From contig NC_135822.1 in assembly GCF_964213995.1 (NCBI RefSeq), forward strand, positions 53,010,001 to 53,074,000: 64,000 bases of DNA, given 5' to 3'. This document shows, in pieces, positions 1-12,860 of the stretch (its first letter is position 1; the number at the start of each line of letters is the position of its first letter). This stretch comes from Mustelus asterias (taxonomy: Eukaryota). The notes under the pieces were generated by a model, which was not told where the DNA came from, did not search any database, and saw only the letters and a list, made by a program, of their open reading frames with translations. The translations under genes were made by a program, and so were the position numbers.

Positions 1-218
1 CACCGCCACCACGCCACCACCCCCGAAAATGTCATGGCCGTACCCTTTTTTAAACGTGGGACTTCGAGTCTGTTACTGGGTCTGATAATTCTGTTTCTCC
101 TTAAAGATTTTCAAAACAAAATATATTGTCATTCGTAATTTTGCTTTACTCACACGTTTCCCGAAAGTCTCATGCTACTGACATCTCCTCTCCAAACTTA
201 TTTTCCGGATCTTAACAG

Positions 219-489
219 GAAGATTATCCACCAGTATCCAAATTTTCCGGGGAGAAAATGGGACTGAAGGGCGTTTTGAAGGGTTCCAGTACCATTGATA
301 CGTACTGGCACAGCAAATGCCCTGGGGATCGGCTGCAGTTTGTGTTTTCCTCGACGGGCACCAGTAACAAAAATGTAGGGTAACGGTAAAATGTCTCATG
401 GCCGAGAGACACGTGGCTCGGAGTTTTATCTCGAGTCCGCCCGCCCACGGGCAGGTCATTTCGCAGGGTAATACTCCACCTGGGTTCTT
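219..489 (+). pseudogene. TRBV: TCR beta V pseudogene (V-a), CAWS-type family, heavily decayed
   Basis: Manual translation gives GEKMGLKGVLKGSSTIDTYWHSKCPGDRLQFVFSS...EFYLESARPRAGHFAG*YSTWVL, homologous to the intact V at 2081. Both conserved Cys are lost and there are stops and frameshifts. Followed by CACGGTG-23bp-AAGAAAACG (490-528), whose spacer closely resembles that of the intact V. Confidence 0.75.
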
Positions 490-1232
490 CACGGTGACTC
501 AGAGACGGAGAAGTTCACGAAGAAAACGAAATGTGGCAGCAAACAGTTTTGAATGATTAAACATGGCGGTAATTCAACATTTATTTTGAATAGGCGGATC
601 GTGCTTCTGGAAATACGAAGAGACGGGGTAGAATAAATGTTATTTATTCGAGAATGATTCACCGGAAAGGTGCAAATAATTCCTTCATTCCTTTTCTGGA
701 TATTTTTTTCTATCCGATAAAAAAAATAAGGTGGCAGCAAACGAATATGTTGTAACTTTCAGAAAATAATGTCAGGATTTTTACACTGACACAGCATAGG
801 GCGCTCTCTGACTATGCTACACAGAAGTTCCCGGAATTAGGGAGTCAGGAACAACAATATTTTTCATCCTCTTATAAAGCAACAGCGATTCAACACCTTG
901 ATCTTGTTTCAGGAGAACATCAGTCAGAAATCGAGAAACTGTTCGTAGAAGAAGGATGGTGGCACCTATTCTCGTGAGCCTGCCGGTAGCAAGAAGAAGA
1001 GCAGACTGACCTCTTCGAATCTGACACGTTCCGGGCCAATTAGTCCCTCGAGACTATTACATAATGTCAAGAGAAGCAAGTCCATATCAAATGCACATTT
1101 TGCTAATTAAGATTCCATGTGTGATTAGTTGGATTCACCAATACGATAAGTGAATTAAATAACGAGGTTCCCTTTTTATTGGCTGAATGTGTTCAAACAT
1201 TTTTATATTCTCCACATGTTTTCGTTAATGAT

Positions 1233-1530
1233 TTAGGGGCCATAGGTTTAAGGTGCGAGGGGCAAGGTTTAAAGGAGATGTACGCGGCAGATCTTTTACA
1301 CAGAGTAGTGGGTGCTTGGAACTCGTTGCCGGCGGAGGTAGTGGAAGCGGATACGGTCGTGACTTTTAAGGGGCGTCTTGATAAGTACATGAATAGGATG
1401 GGAATAGCGGGATACGGTGCCCGGAAGGGTAGGGAGTTTTTAGTTAAATCGGGCAGCATGGTCGGTGCAGGCTTGGAGGGCCGAAGGGCCTGTTCATGTG
1501 CTGTGTAATTTTCTTTGTTCTTTGTTCTTT
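1233..1530 (+). mobile_element. CR1/HER1-type LINE 3' fragment
   Basis: Encodes RVVGAWNSLPAEVVEADTVVTFKGRLDKYM (CR1 ORF2 C-terminus), followed by a 3' UTR and a TTCTTTG repeat tail. Confidence 0.85.
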
Positions 1531-1905
1531 GAAGCCGCTTCGATTTCGGCCTTGGGTGACTGCGTGGAGCTTGCATCTTGGAGTCCTCTTTCTGAGAGTC
1601 GATGTAGACTCGGGGGAGAAAGCAGCTCCCTGACTGAGAGCCAGAGTTTGAAACAAGGACTGACACACGGCCACAGATAGATAGAGGACGGGCGGAGAGG
1701 GAGAGAGAAGGGGAGAGTGAGAGACATTAGCTAGATGTATGCAGAGAGAGTGATTGAGAAAGAATGAAATAGAGAGTGAGACAGAGTGAAATAACGAAAG
1801 GAGAAGAGCCAGAGAAAGAGTTTGCTGCCCAAACCGGGGCGGGTTTATTTGACCTTTCACCATCCTGTTCTCACCTCTTCATTACGCAAGAGGCCGCTTT
1901 AAAAG

Positions 1906-1942
1906 ATGTATTCCTTAGTGGGACTGATCCTGCTCTTTCACT
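1906..1942 (+). CDS. TRBV: TCR beta V-b leader exon (MYSLVGLILLFH)
   Basis: ATG at 1906, hydrophobic 12-codon leader, phase-1 GTAAGC donor at 1943; splices in frame to 2081. Confidence 0.9.
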
Positions 1943-2080
1943 GTAAGCGAATTGCTTGAAACAGCAGTTCTTTTTAATACATTCATTTATGTTATTTTTA
2001 TTTTTTTCTGCCCGCTCATCCTTTCCCCAATTGCCCCAAGTGTCTAGATTTACTTCTCCCTTTGCTTCTCTCTTTCTCAG

Positions 2081-2379
2081 ACGTGACCTTGCAGACTACA
2101 CACCAGACCCCCGCCGCGATATCCAAATTACCTCGAGAGGAATTGAAAATTAAGTGCAGTGTGGAGGGTAGAAGTGGCACCCTCTCCATGTGTTGGTACA
2201 GACAATACCCGGGGATGAGGCCGCGGTTGATGTTTAACTCCATTGCTCCAGGAAACATGGGGTCTGACGTATCGGTCCATGGTTTCAGTGCCACGCCACC
2301 CAGTGAATATGAATTGAATCTGAATTCCTCCAGCCTGCAGCTGAACCACTCGGCCGTGTATTATTGTCCCTGGAGTCGC
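2081..2379 (+). CDS. TRBV: TCR beta V-b exon, apparently functional
   Basis: Polypyrimidine tract and CAG acceptor at 2080. Open frame (Y)VTLQTTHQTP...LKIKC...WYRQYPG...SAVYYCPWSR with Cys23, Trp41 and Cys104 intact. Confidence 0.93.
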
Positions 2380-2418
2380 CACAGTGACTCAGAGAGATGG
2401 AGCAGTTCAGCAAAAACC
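2380..2418 (+). other. 23-RSS of V-b
   Basis: CACAGTG + 23-bp spacer + GCAAAAACC. Confidence 0.95.
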
Positions 2419-4934
2419 CCAATGACAGCCGGAAATACCTGTCTGAAATGAAACCAGCCTGTGTTTTATCCCATGGTTGTTCATTTGGCATGGCAAATAT
2501 GTTTTGACGAGAGCATCAGACAAGTGAGAGATTACATATTGTGAACTGAATAACTCATCAAGGAGAATTTTCAAGGATTACATCCGAACTGAGTTATTAT
2601 CTCTATTGGTAGGGCGAAAGAAACTCAGACTCATTTCCTTTGAAAAGAAAGCCGACGGGTGAACTTTACAATAACGAACGCATCAGATAGGGTGGACGTT
2701 GTTAGATCGCAAAAGGAAGAGGCAAGTTCAGCCCCTGAAGACTGCGAGGAGAAACAGCAGGAGTCCCACTGAGTCTATCTTGATCCTGTTACACGGGAAA
2801 ATGAGGAGGCTATTCAGCCAATCTCAAACCTATTATACAGCAATAGGACGAGGGCAATTTAGCCCCTCAACCTTTACACAGGAATAGCGTGAGGTCCATT
2901 CAGCCAATATCGATCCTGTTACACAGTAAATAGATCTCTCTCGGTTGAATGGAAACAGGGGAAAGCCCATTCAACCCCCCTGGTGCCTGTTTCAAAGGAA
3001 CAGAAAGAGACTCACGTACCTGTTACTTTGAGATTTGCGGAGGAAATTCAACTCCTTCCACTCTTACAGGAGCAAGCAAAGGCCGTCCATTCTCTTTAGC
3101 CGTGTATATAAGAACAGGGGTAGGTCACACAGCCTCAATTAGATCCTGGCTGATCTCCACCTCAATTGCTTTCCTCCGCTTTTTTGGTAACATATGATAA
3201 CCTTACTTATGAAAGACACGTGGATCACATTATTGAAATATTCAGTGGACTGAAAGCATCCGCATTATCCTTTGTTTGAAGGCGTGTTTTCGCTGTTAAA
3301 CCTGACCAAATAATCTCAAAGATTACCCCACTCTGTTCCCGGATTTGCCCCCATTGAAGATCATTTATCTGCCTCTGGCCATCGAATCCATTAAACGTTT
3401 TAAATTCCTGTATTAAATCATATTTCATATTCTATATTCGTGGAAACACAAATCTAAACGACTGGAACATGGTTAAGGGAGGGGCAGGACTGGCAGCTCA
3501 ATGTTCCAGGGTACAGATGCTATCGGAAAGATAGAACAGGAGGTAAGAGAGGAGGGGGATTTGCACTTTTGATGAGGGAAAACATCACAGCAGTACTGAG
3601 AGGGGATAAATCTGAAGGTTCGCCCAGTGAACCTATATGGGTAGAAGGGAGAAATAAGAAGGGGGAGATCACGTTGATAGGGTTGTACTATCGGCCCGGA
3701 AATAGTCAGCGGGAAATTGAGGAGCAAATATGTAAGGAGATTACAGATAGCTCCAAGAAAAATAAGGTGGCAAGAGTAGGGGATTTTAACTTTCCCAACA
3801 CTGTCTGGGACAGCCATATTAATTGATGCTTGGATGGAGAGAAATTCGTTGAATGTATTCAGGAGGAATTTCTCATTCAGTTTGTGGATGGTCCGAATAG
3901 AGTGGGCGAAAACCTGACCCCCTCTTGGGAAATAAGGAAGCACAGGTGACAGAAGTGTGAGTGAGGAATCACTTTGGGACCAGTGACCAAAATTCCAGTG
4001 GTTTCAAGAAAGCCATGAAGAACGATAGGTCTGGCTCACAAGTTAAAACTCTAAATTGAGGCAAGGCCAATTTTGATGGTATCAGACAGGAACTTTCAGA
4101 AGTTAATTGGGGGAGTCTGTTGGCAGGCAAAAGAACGTCTGGTAAGTGGGAGACTTTCAAAAGTTTGTTCACCAGGGTTCAGTGTAAGCACATTCCTCTT
4201 AGACTGAAGGGCATGGCAGGTAGAAGTAGGGAACCCTGGACGATTTGGGATATTGAGACCCTGGTCAAGAAGAAGAATGAGGCACATGACATGTATAGTC
4301 AGCTGGGATCAAGTGGCTCCCTTGAAGAGTATAGGGGGTGCAGAAGTAGAGTTAAGAGAAAAATCCGGAGGGCAAAAAGGGAACACGAGCTTGTTTTGGC
4401 AGATAAAGCAAGGGAGAGTCCAAAGAGATTCTACCAATACATAAAAAGCAAAGGAGTAACTAGGGAGAGAGAAGGACTTCTTAAGGATCAACAAGGTCAG
4501 CAATGTGCGGATCAACAAGAGATGGGTGAGATCCTGAATGAATATTTCTCATCAGCATTAACTGTTGAGAAAGGCAAGGATGTGAGGAAACTTGGGGAAA
4601 TAAACAGTGATGTCTTGAGGAAAGTATATGTAACAGAGAAGGAAGTGCTGGAAGTCTTAAGGCAGATCAAGTTTGATAAATCTCCAGGATCTGATGCAGT
4701 GTATCCACGGACGTTGTGCGAGGCTAGGGAGGAAATTGCGAGTCCCCAGCACAGATATCTGATTCATCGACAGCCACAGGTGAGGTGCCTGAAAATTAGA
4801 GGATGGCAAATGTTTAAAAAGAGTTGCAGGGAAAAGCCTGGGAACTATAGGCCGGTGAGCCTCAAATTTGTAATGGATAAGTTGTTGGAAAGTCTTGTGA
4901 GAGACATGATCTACAAGCATTTAGAGAGGCAAAG

Positions 4935-6918
4935 TGGCAAAGATTAGTTGGAACCTAGAGTATTGGGAAATCTTTAAAGGACAGCAGAAAACCACGAAAA
5001 AAGCTATAAAGAAAGGTAAGATCGATTATGAGAGTAAACTAGCTCAGAATATAAAAACAGATAGCAAAAGTTTCTGCAAATATATAAAACAAAAAAGAGT
5101 GACAGAAGTAAACATTGATCATTTAGAGGACGAGAAGGGGGATGTAATACCTGGAAATGAGAAAATGGATGAGGCATTGAACAGGTATTTTGTGTCGGTC
5201 TTCACAGTGGAAGACACAAATAACATGCCAAAAAATGATGACAGGAAGGCTATGGCAGGTGAGTACCTTGAAACTATCATTATCACAAAACAGGTAGTGT
5301 TGGGCGAGTTAATGGGGCTGAAGGTAGACAAGTCTCATGGTCCTGCATCCCAGGGTACTAAAAGAGATGGCGGGAGAAATAGCAAATGCACTAGTGGTAA
5401 TTTACCAAAATTGGCTGGACTCTAGGGTGATCCCCACAGATTAGAAAACAGCAAATGTGACGCCATTATTTAAAAAAGGAGGTACACAAAAGGCAGGTAA
5501 CTAAAGGCCGGTTAGGTTAACTTCTGTAGTAGGGAAATGCTTGAATCTATCATCAAGGAAGAAATAGCGAGGCATCGCAATATAAATTGTCCCATTGGTA
5601 AGACTAAGCATGGGTTCATGAAGGGAAGGTCATGTTTGACGAATTTGGTGGAATTCTTTGAGAACCTTCCATGTGCAGTGGACAATGGGGAACCTGTGGA
5701 TGTGGTGTATCTGGATTTGCAGAAGGCATTTGACAAGGTGCCGCACCTAAGACTGCTACATAAGATAAAGGTGTACGGTGTTACGGGTAATGTATTAGCA
5801 TGGATAGAGGATTGGTTAACTAACGGAAAGCAATTAGTGGGGGCAAATGGGTGTTTTTCTGGTTGGCGATCAGTGACTAGTGGTGTGCCTCAGGGATCAG
5901 TGTTGGGACCGCAATTGTTTACGATTTACATAGATGATTTGGAGTTGGGGAGCAAGTGTAGTGTGTCAAAATTCGCCGATGACACTAAGATGGGTGGAAC
6001 AGCAAAGTGTGCAGAGGACACTGAAAGTCTGCCAAGGGATATAGATAGTCTAAGTGAGTGGGCGAGGGTCTGGCAGATGGAGTACAATGTTGGTAAATGT
6101 GAGGTCATCCATTTTGGTAGGAATAACAGCAAAATGGACTTTTAAATAAATGGTAAAAAAAATTGCAGCATGCTGCTGTGCAGAGGGACCTGGGTGTCCT
6201 TGTGCAGTACTCTCAAGGAGTTGGTTTGCAGGTGCAGCAGGTAATTACGAAGGCAAATGGAATTTTGTCCTCCATTGCTTGAGGGATGGAGTTTAAAAAC
6301 AGCGAGATTATGTTGCAGCTATATAAGGTGCTGTTGAGGCTACATCTGGAGTACTTTCTACAGTTTTGGTCTCCTTACTTGAGAAAGGATATACTGGCAC
6401 TGGAGGGGGTGCAGAGGAGATTCACTCGATCGATTCTGGAGTTGAGACGGTTGGCTTATGAGGAGAGACTGAGTAGACTGGGGCTATACTCATTGGAATT
6501 CAGAAGAATGAGGGGGTTTCTTATAGAAACATATAAGATTATGAAGGGAATAGATGAGATAGAAGCAGGGAAGTTGTTTCCACTGGCGGGTGAAACTAGA
6601 ACTGGGGGGCATGGCCTCAAAATAAGGGGGAGCAGATTTAGGACTGAGTTGAGGAGGAACTTCTTCACACAAAGGGTTGTGAATCTGTGGAATTCCCTGC
6701 CCAGTGAAGCAGTTGAGGCTACCTCATTGAATGTTTTTAAGGCAAGGATAGATACATTTTTGAACAGTAAAGGAATTGAGGGTTATGGCGAGCGGGCGGG
6801 TACGTGGAGCAGAGTCCACAAAAAGATCAGCCATGATCTCAGTGAATGGTGGAGCAGGCTCGAAGGGCCAGACGGCCTGTTCCTGCTCCCAGTTCTTATG
6901 TTATGTTGCTGTTATGTT
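4935..6918 (+). mobile_element. 5'-truncated CR1-type LINE nested inside the older LINE
   Basis: RT motifs HGFMKGRSCLTNL, YLDLQKAFDKVPH, SGVPQGSVLGP, KFADDTK; TTATG tail; flanked by a CAAAG duplication (4930-4934 / 6919-6923). Confidence 0.88.
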
Positions 6919-7005
6919 CAAAGACAGATTAGGAACTGTCAGCATGGCTTTGTGATTGGAAAATAATTTCTCACAAATTTGATTGAGTTTTTGAAGTGGT
7001 AACCA

Positions 7006-7357
7006 CGGGGGGCGGCACGGTAGCACAGTGGTTAGCACTGCTGTTTTACAGCTCCAGGGACCTGGGTTCGATTCCCGGCTTGGGTCACTGTCTGTGTGGA
7101 GTTTGCACATTCTCCTCGTGTCTGCGTGGGTTTCCTCCGGGTACTCCGGTTTCCTCCCACAGTCCAAAGATGTGCGGGTTAGGTTGATTGGCCATGCTAA
7201 AAATTGCCCTTAGTGTCCTGAGATGCGTAGGTTGGAGGGATTAGTGGGTAAATATGTAAGGATATGGAGGTAGGGCCTGGGTGGGATTGTGTTCGGTGCA
7301 GACTCGATGGGCCGAATGGCCTCTTTCTGTACTGTAGGGTTTCTATGATTTCTATGG
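7006..7357 (+). mobile_element. HE1-type tRNA-derived SINE
   Basis: tRNA-like head (GGTAGCACAGTGG A-box, GGTTCGATTCCC B-box), CR1-like 3' tail, AACCA duplication on both sides; near-identical copy at 18097. Confidence 0.9.
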
Positions 7358-9001
7358 AACCAAGAAGGTACATGAGGGTCATGCAGTTGATGTTGTCTAC
7401 ATGGACTTTGGCAAGGCCTTTGACAAAGTAACGCATAATGTTGCATAACATTACATCTCACGGGATCCAGGGTGAGGTGGCCAAATGCGTACAAAATTGG
7501 CTTGATGACAGGAAACAGAAGATTGTTGTCGAGGGCTGTTTTTCCAACAGGAGGCCTGTGAGCAGCGGTGTGCCTCAGGGATTGGTGTTGGGTCCACTGT
7601 TATTTGCCATTTATATTAATGATTTTGATGAGAATTTCGGAGGTGTGTTTCGTAAGTTTGCAGCTGACAGCAAGATTGGTGGACAATGAAGATGGTTATC
7701 TCGGATTGCAACGGGATTTTGATCAGTTGGGGCATTGGGCTGACAAATGGCAGACGGAGTTTAATTTCGATCAATGCGAGGTGATGCATTTTGGTCAATC
7801 GAACCAGGGCAGGACTTACTCAATTAATGGTAGGGCATTGGGGAGAGTTATAGACCAAAGAGATCTCGATGCTCATTGAAAGTGGAGTCACAGGTGGACA
7901 GCGTGGTGAGGAAGGAATTCGGAATGCTTGGTTTTATTGGCCAGAACGTTGAATACAGGAGTTGGGACGTATTGTTGTAGTTGTACAAACTATTGGTAAG
8001 GTCATACTTGGAGTACTATGTACAGTTCTAGTCACCCTATTAATGAGAGGAAGAGATTTCCTAGGATGTTGCCGGGACTTGATGCTTTGAGTTATAAGAA
8101 GAGCCTGGATAGACTGGGACTTCTTTCTCTAGGAGCGTAGGAGGCTTAGGGGTGATCTTATAGAGATCTATAAAATAATGAGGGGCACAGATCAGCTAGA
8201 TAGTCAATATCATTTCCCAAAGTAGTGGAGTCTAAAACTAGAGGGCATAGGTTTAGGGTGAGAGGGGAGAGATACAAAAGAGATACAAGAGGGGCAATTT
8301 TTTGACACAGAGCGTGGTGAGTGTCTGGAACAAGCTGCCAGAGGTAGCAGTAAAGGTAGGTACAATTTTGTCTTTTAAAAGGTGTTTAGACAATTACTTG
8401 CGTGAGATGGTGTCGAGGGATATGAGCCAAACGCGGGCTATGGGCAAACGCAATTGGGAATAGCTTAGCTATTAGAAAAAGGGCAGAAGGGCCTGTTTTA
8501 TGCTGTAAAGCTCGATGACTTTATGACTCGATGACTCGAAACAATGCAACCTGCCGCTATCACTCAACCTTGTCAACATCGCTAACATGCTGGTGAAATG
8601 AGTCCAAGGCGGGTGTCAGGGGGTGAGGTGAGGGCAGCTGTGAATCTTAGAGGCAGGGGGCGGAACAATCAAAATCAATGGAGGTTCCCGAATAAGGAAG
8701 GAATCACGCCGCTATGAATCTGAGTGCGAGGGCCGGTCTGTCAGTAAGTGAGTGGAGGGCGGAAATATGACTCAGAAAATGAAGTGTGAGGCGGTCCGTC
8801 TGAAAAATACTTCTTCAATGTCAATCTGGAAGGGAGCGGAGAGACAACAATCTATCCAGTGTTGATTTATTTTTTGAATGATAAAGTTATTTTCCTTTGA
8901 CGTCTGCCAACTCTACTCTTGCAGTCAGTAGTCTGTCAGTCCAGCATCTGACCAACGAACTGCACTGAAGAACTCTGCTCTCAGACCCTCTGTCTCGCAC
9001 C

Positions 9002-10663
9002 ATGCGGACCTGGCTCTTGATCTGACAGGTTCTACTGACGGGTAAGTAAAGCAGGAGGGCGGCATGGGGTTTTTAATGATAAGACAGGAGAAGGGCGAAA
9101 CAGAGAAATAAATGAAGCAGAGTGAAAAAGAGAGAATGACCGGGACAGAGAGATAGAGAAATGAGGGATGAGCGAAAGAGAACAAGGCTGTTAAAAAGGG
9201 AATCTACCTATTGAGTGGCAAAGCTAAATGATCAATTGAGTGAGATAGATATCGGCTCAACATGCAGGATTATTCCCATATATTTCGAACTGACGCGTGG
9301 CATTTCCCACGTCAACACGTTTTACTGTGCTAACAAACCAGTTGGCTTGCCCCTGCTTGTCTAGTATTAGTCAATTATTCCAGTTTGGACAAATCGACTT
9401 AAACCACATAATCCCAAGACCGAGCCGATAGAATTCGCCTGTAAAGAAACTCAGGATCAGGACGAGGCCATACAGTCTATTCTACCATTCAATCAAATCA
9501 ATACTGAACTGTATCTTTGCCCTTCATCCGACTTAGTTCTATGTCGTTAATGCCACCAGCCAATAAAGTCTATCAATTTCAGTTTTAAACTGACGCCCAG
9601 CCCGAATATTATAGTATTCCTCTATTCTTTGCACGGAGTCGTGCTGCCTGAAATAAACTTTATCTCTAATGCTTAGTCTGCAAAGAAAAGCCCATCCAGT
9701 CTCCACCATCTCCAAGGCACAAATCAGGAGTGTGATGGAATACTCCCCACTTGCCTTGATGGCTGCCGCTCCAACAACGCTCAAGGAGCTTGGCACCATC
9801 CAGGAAAAAGCAGCCCGCTTGATTGGCATCACAACCACAAACATTCACTCCCTGCACCACCAACGCTCAGTAACAGTAGTGTGTACTATCCACAACAAGC
9901 ACTGCAGCAATTCACCAAAGATACTTAGACAGCACCTTCCAAACCAACGACCACTTCTATCTAGAAGGACACGGGCAGCAGATACATGGGAACACCACCA
10001 CTTGCAACTTCCCCTCCAAGCCACTCAACATCCTGACTTTGAAATATGTCGCAATTCCTTCGCAGTCGCTGGGTCAACATCCTGAAATTCCCTCCCTAAC
10101 GACATTGTGGGCCAACCCATAGCACACGGACTGCAGCGATTCAAGAAAGTAGCTCACCATCACCTTCTCAACGACAATAGAGATGGGCAATAAATGCTGG
10201 CCAGACAGCGACACCCATGTCCAACGAAGGAATTTAAAAATCACCTCAATTAGACCGCGGGATAGAAGCACTTTATGTTGGAATGTAAGAATGTGGAAGA
10301 AAGTGCAATGTTACTTCTTGAAAGTAAGATGCATTTTCTATTTGATCTCTGTTTTGTTTTGAGGACTTGGAGAATCTCAGAAGATTGTGCGGTCTCGGCA
10401 GTATTTAACGGTGGGAAAGAATGAGCCTGTCACTATCTCGTGTATCCAACGCGGAACTGATGATTACATGTACTGGTACCTTCAAATCCCGAGTCAGGGG
10501 CACCAGCACATGTTGCACGCTCTTCAGGAAAATTACCCAACAAAATCGGACGGAATCACCGAACGCTTCACTGCCAAGAAAACGGCAGGCATTTCTTTCG
10601 ATCTCAAAATAGGGACAATGCAACCGAGCGACGCGGCTCAGTATTTCTGTGCAGCCAGTGATG
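9002..10663 (+). pseudogene. TRBV: TCR beta V-c pseudogene (second V family, CAAS end); leader 9002-9041, V exon 10364-10663
   Basis: Leader MRTWLLI*QVLLTG has an in-frame TGA (9023-9025) and a GTAAGT donor. The V exon is open (VTISC...YMYWYLQ...ITERFTA...DAAQYFCAASD) but has a weak GAG acceptor. RSS is CACAAAA-22bp-GCAAAAACC (10664-10701). Confidence 0.87.
9690..10240 (+). mobile_element. LINE 3' fragment in the V-c intron
   Basis: KAQIRSVMEYSPLA...IQEKAARLIG...SLHHQR is a non-LTR RT C-terminus. Its 3' tail GGGCAATAAATGCTGGCC...CACCCATGTCC is shared with the SINE at 38521. Confidence 0.75.
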
Positions 10664-11252
10664 CACAAAAAACATTCCGACTGAACCGTGTTGCAAAAAC
10701 CTGTCCCCTCGCAGAATCTACCGCCAGATCACAGATCAACAGTCGCAAGACAGAGAGAGAGAGACAGAGAAAGAAAGACACACAGAGAAAGAGAGAAATG
10801 AACACACACACAGAAGGGGCGGGGGTGCAGGGCGGGGGACAGGGAGCACGAGACGCAGAAAGAGACGCAGAGACATCGATAGTTAAAAGATACATTGATG
10901 CCGGACGGAGGGAGGAATGGAGGGAGGAGGAAGGAAGGAAGGGAGGGGTGGATGGATGGGTGGAAGGATGAACGGACGGCCAGACGTGCGGACGGATGGA
11001 TTGATTCACCATTGATGCCGGTTGTCGGCATTTCCGGATGGGAATATTAGATCAACAAAATATACTCATTTTTATGTTATCCGGATATTGCCGATGGTTA
11101 TTTTACCAAAGATCCGAAATCTGTGCCCCTGCTTTCTAACTCTATACTGTGGGAAACATTTCTTCATTCAATACTCTTATCAAAACTTATTCGGGTCTTG
11201 GACAGCTGTATTTTGTCTCCATCAAGCACTGCAAATCTAAACATCACTTTTA

Positions 11253-11630
11253 GAAAACAACAAAGAACAAAGAACAATACAGCACAGGAACAGGCCCTTC
11301 TGCCCTCCAAGCCTGCGCCGCTCACGTGCCCACTAGACCATTCTTTTGTATCCCTCTATTCCCAGTCTGTTCATGTGGTGATCTTGATAAGTCTTTAACG
11401 ATCCCAGCGTGTCCGCCTCAATCACCTTGCTTGGCAGTGCATTCCAGGCCCCCACCACCCTCTGTGTAAAATACGTCCCCCTGACATCTGTGTTGAACCT
11501 TGCCCCCCTCACGTTGAACCCATGACCCCTTGTGTTCGTCACCTCCGACCTGGGAAAAAGCTTCCCACTGTCCTCTCTATCTATGCCCTCCATAATTTTA
11601 TACACCTCTATTAGGTCGCCCCTCATCCTC
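11253..11630 (-). mobile_element. CR1-type LINE 3' fragment
   Basis: Minus-strand RMRGDLIEVYKIM...FTQRVVGAWNALP plus tail. Confidence 0.85.
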
Positions 11631-11879
11631 CAGGATATCACTACAGGAGCTCGTCCGGAGCATACTGTCCTTGGTGACACCAATTTCAGTTCCTTCCACT
11701 CCCAGCATCTCAGATGCTGAAACCGTCCACGTCCAAATGCAGAATCTGGGCAACGTTCAGACTTTGCCTGGTAGGTGACAAGTAACATTCACACCACACA
11801 TACTTCAGACAATTACTATCTCCAGCAAAATATGATATAACCATCTACCCTTAACTTGCGAAGAACTGTATACTGGAGT

Positions 11880-12860
11880 TTTAATGGAAATAGCTGTAAA
11901 GATAGTGAACCCATTGGATGAACATTTTCATAAGCCGCTAAGTTCCAGGGGGGTAAGAGAAGATGAGAAAACAGCCAATGTGACGCCCTTGTTCAAAAAG
12001 GGAGAAAGGCAGAAGGCAGAGACCTATGGGCCCTCTAGTTTAATATATATTATTGGCAAGACGCCGAAACCAATAACCAGAGAGGAAATAATTAATCATT
12101 TAGGAAATGTAAATATAATCAAACCGAGTCAATATGATTTAATGAAAGGTAAATCATGTTTGAGGATTTAACAGGGAGAGTAGGCAGAGAGGAACCTGTA
12201 GATGTAGTGTATTTAGATTGCCACAAGGTATTTGACAAGGTGCTGCATAAGAGGCTGGTGCACAAAGTAAAAGCCCATGGGGTTGGAGGAAGTGGATATG
12301 CATGAATTGAAAACTGGCTGTCACATATGCAACAGAGAATTGGAATAAATGGGTCATTCTCAGAGTGGAAAGATGTATCCATTGGAATTCTGGAGGGATC
12401 ATTTCTTAGCACACAATTGTTCACTATTTACATCAATGACCTGGAGGGAATAAAAACAATGTATGGTTTCCAAATTTGCCAGTGATGCAAGTTTGTCGAA
12501 TAAGGAGTGATAATGTGAGAGTCATGGAGTCATCGAAGTTTACAGCATGAAAACAGGCCATTCGGCCCAACTTGTCCATCCCTCCCTTTTTTAGCCACTA
12601 AGCTAGTCCCAATTGCCCGCTCTCGAAAGCCATCTTACCCATGCAACTGTCTAAACGCTTTTTAAAAGACAGAATTCTACCCGCCTCTACTACTATCTCT
12701 GGCAGCTTGTTTCAGACATTCACCACCCTCTGTGTGAAAACATTGCCACTCTGGACCTTTTGTATCTCTCCCCACTCATCTTCGACCAAGGTCCTTTAGT
12801 TTTAGACTCCCCTATCTTTGGGAAATGATATTGACTGTCCATCTGATCTATGCCCTTTTC
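11880..12860. mobile_element. Old CR1-type LINE fragments (+ strand RT piece 11880-12500, - strand 3' piece 12520-12860)
   Basis: ANVTPLFKKG and MKGKSCL motifs; reverse-oriented CR1 tail. Confidence 0.75.

Larger units (their letters stand above)
3462..8540 (+). mobile_element. Degenerate CR1/HER1-type LINE (endonuclease + RT) interrupted by a second LINE and a SINE
   Basis: ORF pieces YYRPGNS/GDFNFP (endonuclease), [41 protein letters not shown] (RT), with frameshifts. Confidence 0.9.

Noticed and set aside
175-492. Minus-strand 105-aa ORF
   Set aside because: It is the antisense of the V-a pseudogene and has no recognisable domain.
7006-7090. tRNA-like sequence
   Set aside because: It is the head of a SINE, not a tRNA gene; the same applies at 18097 and 38521.
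10664-10971. 194-aa ORF extension of V-c
   Set aside because: Read-through past the RSS into GA-rich low-complexity sequence.
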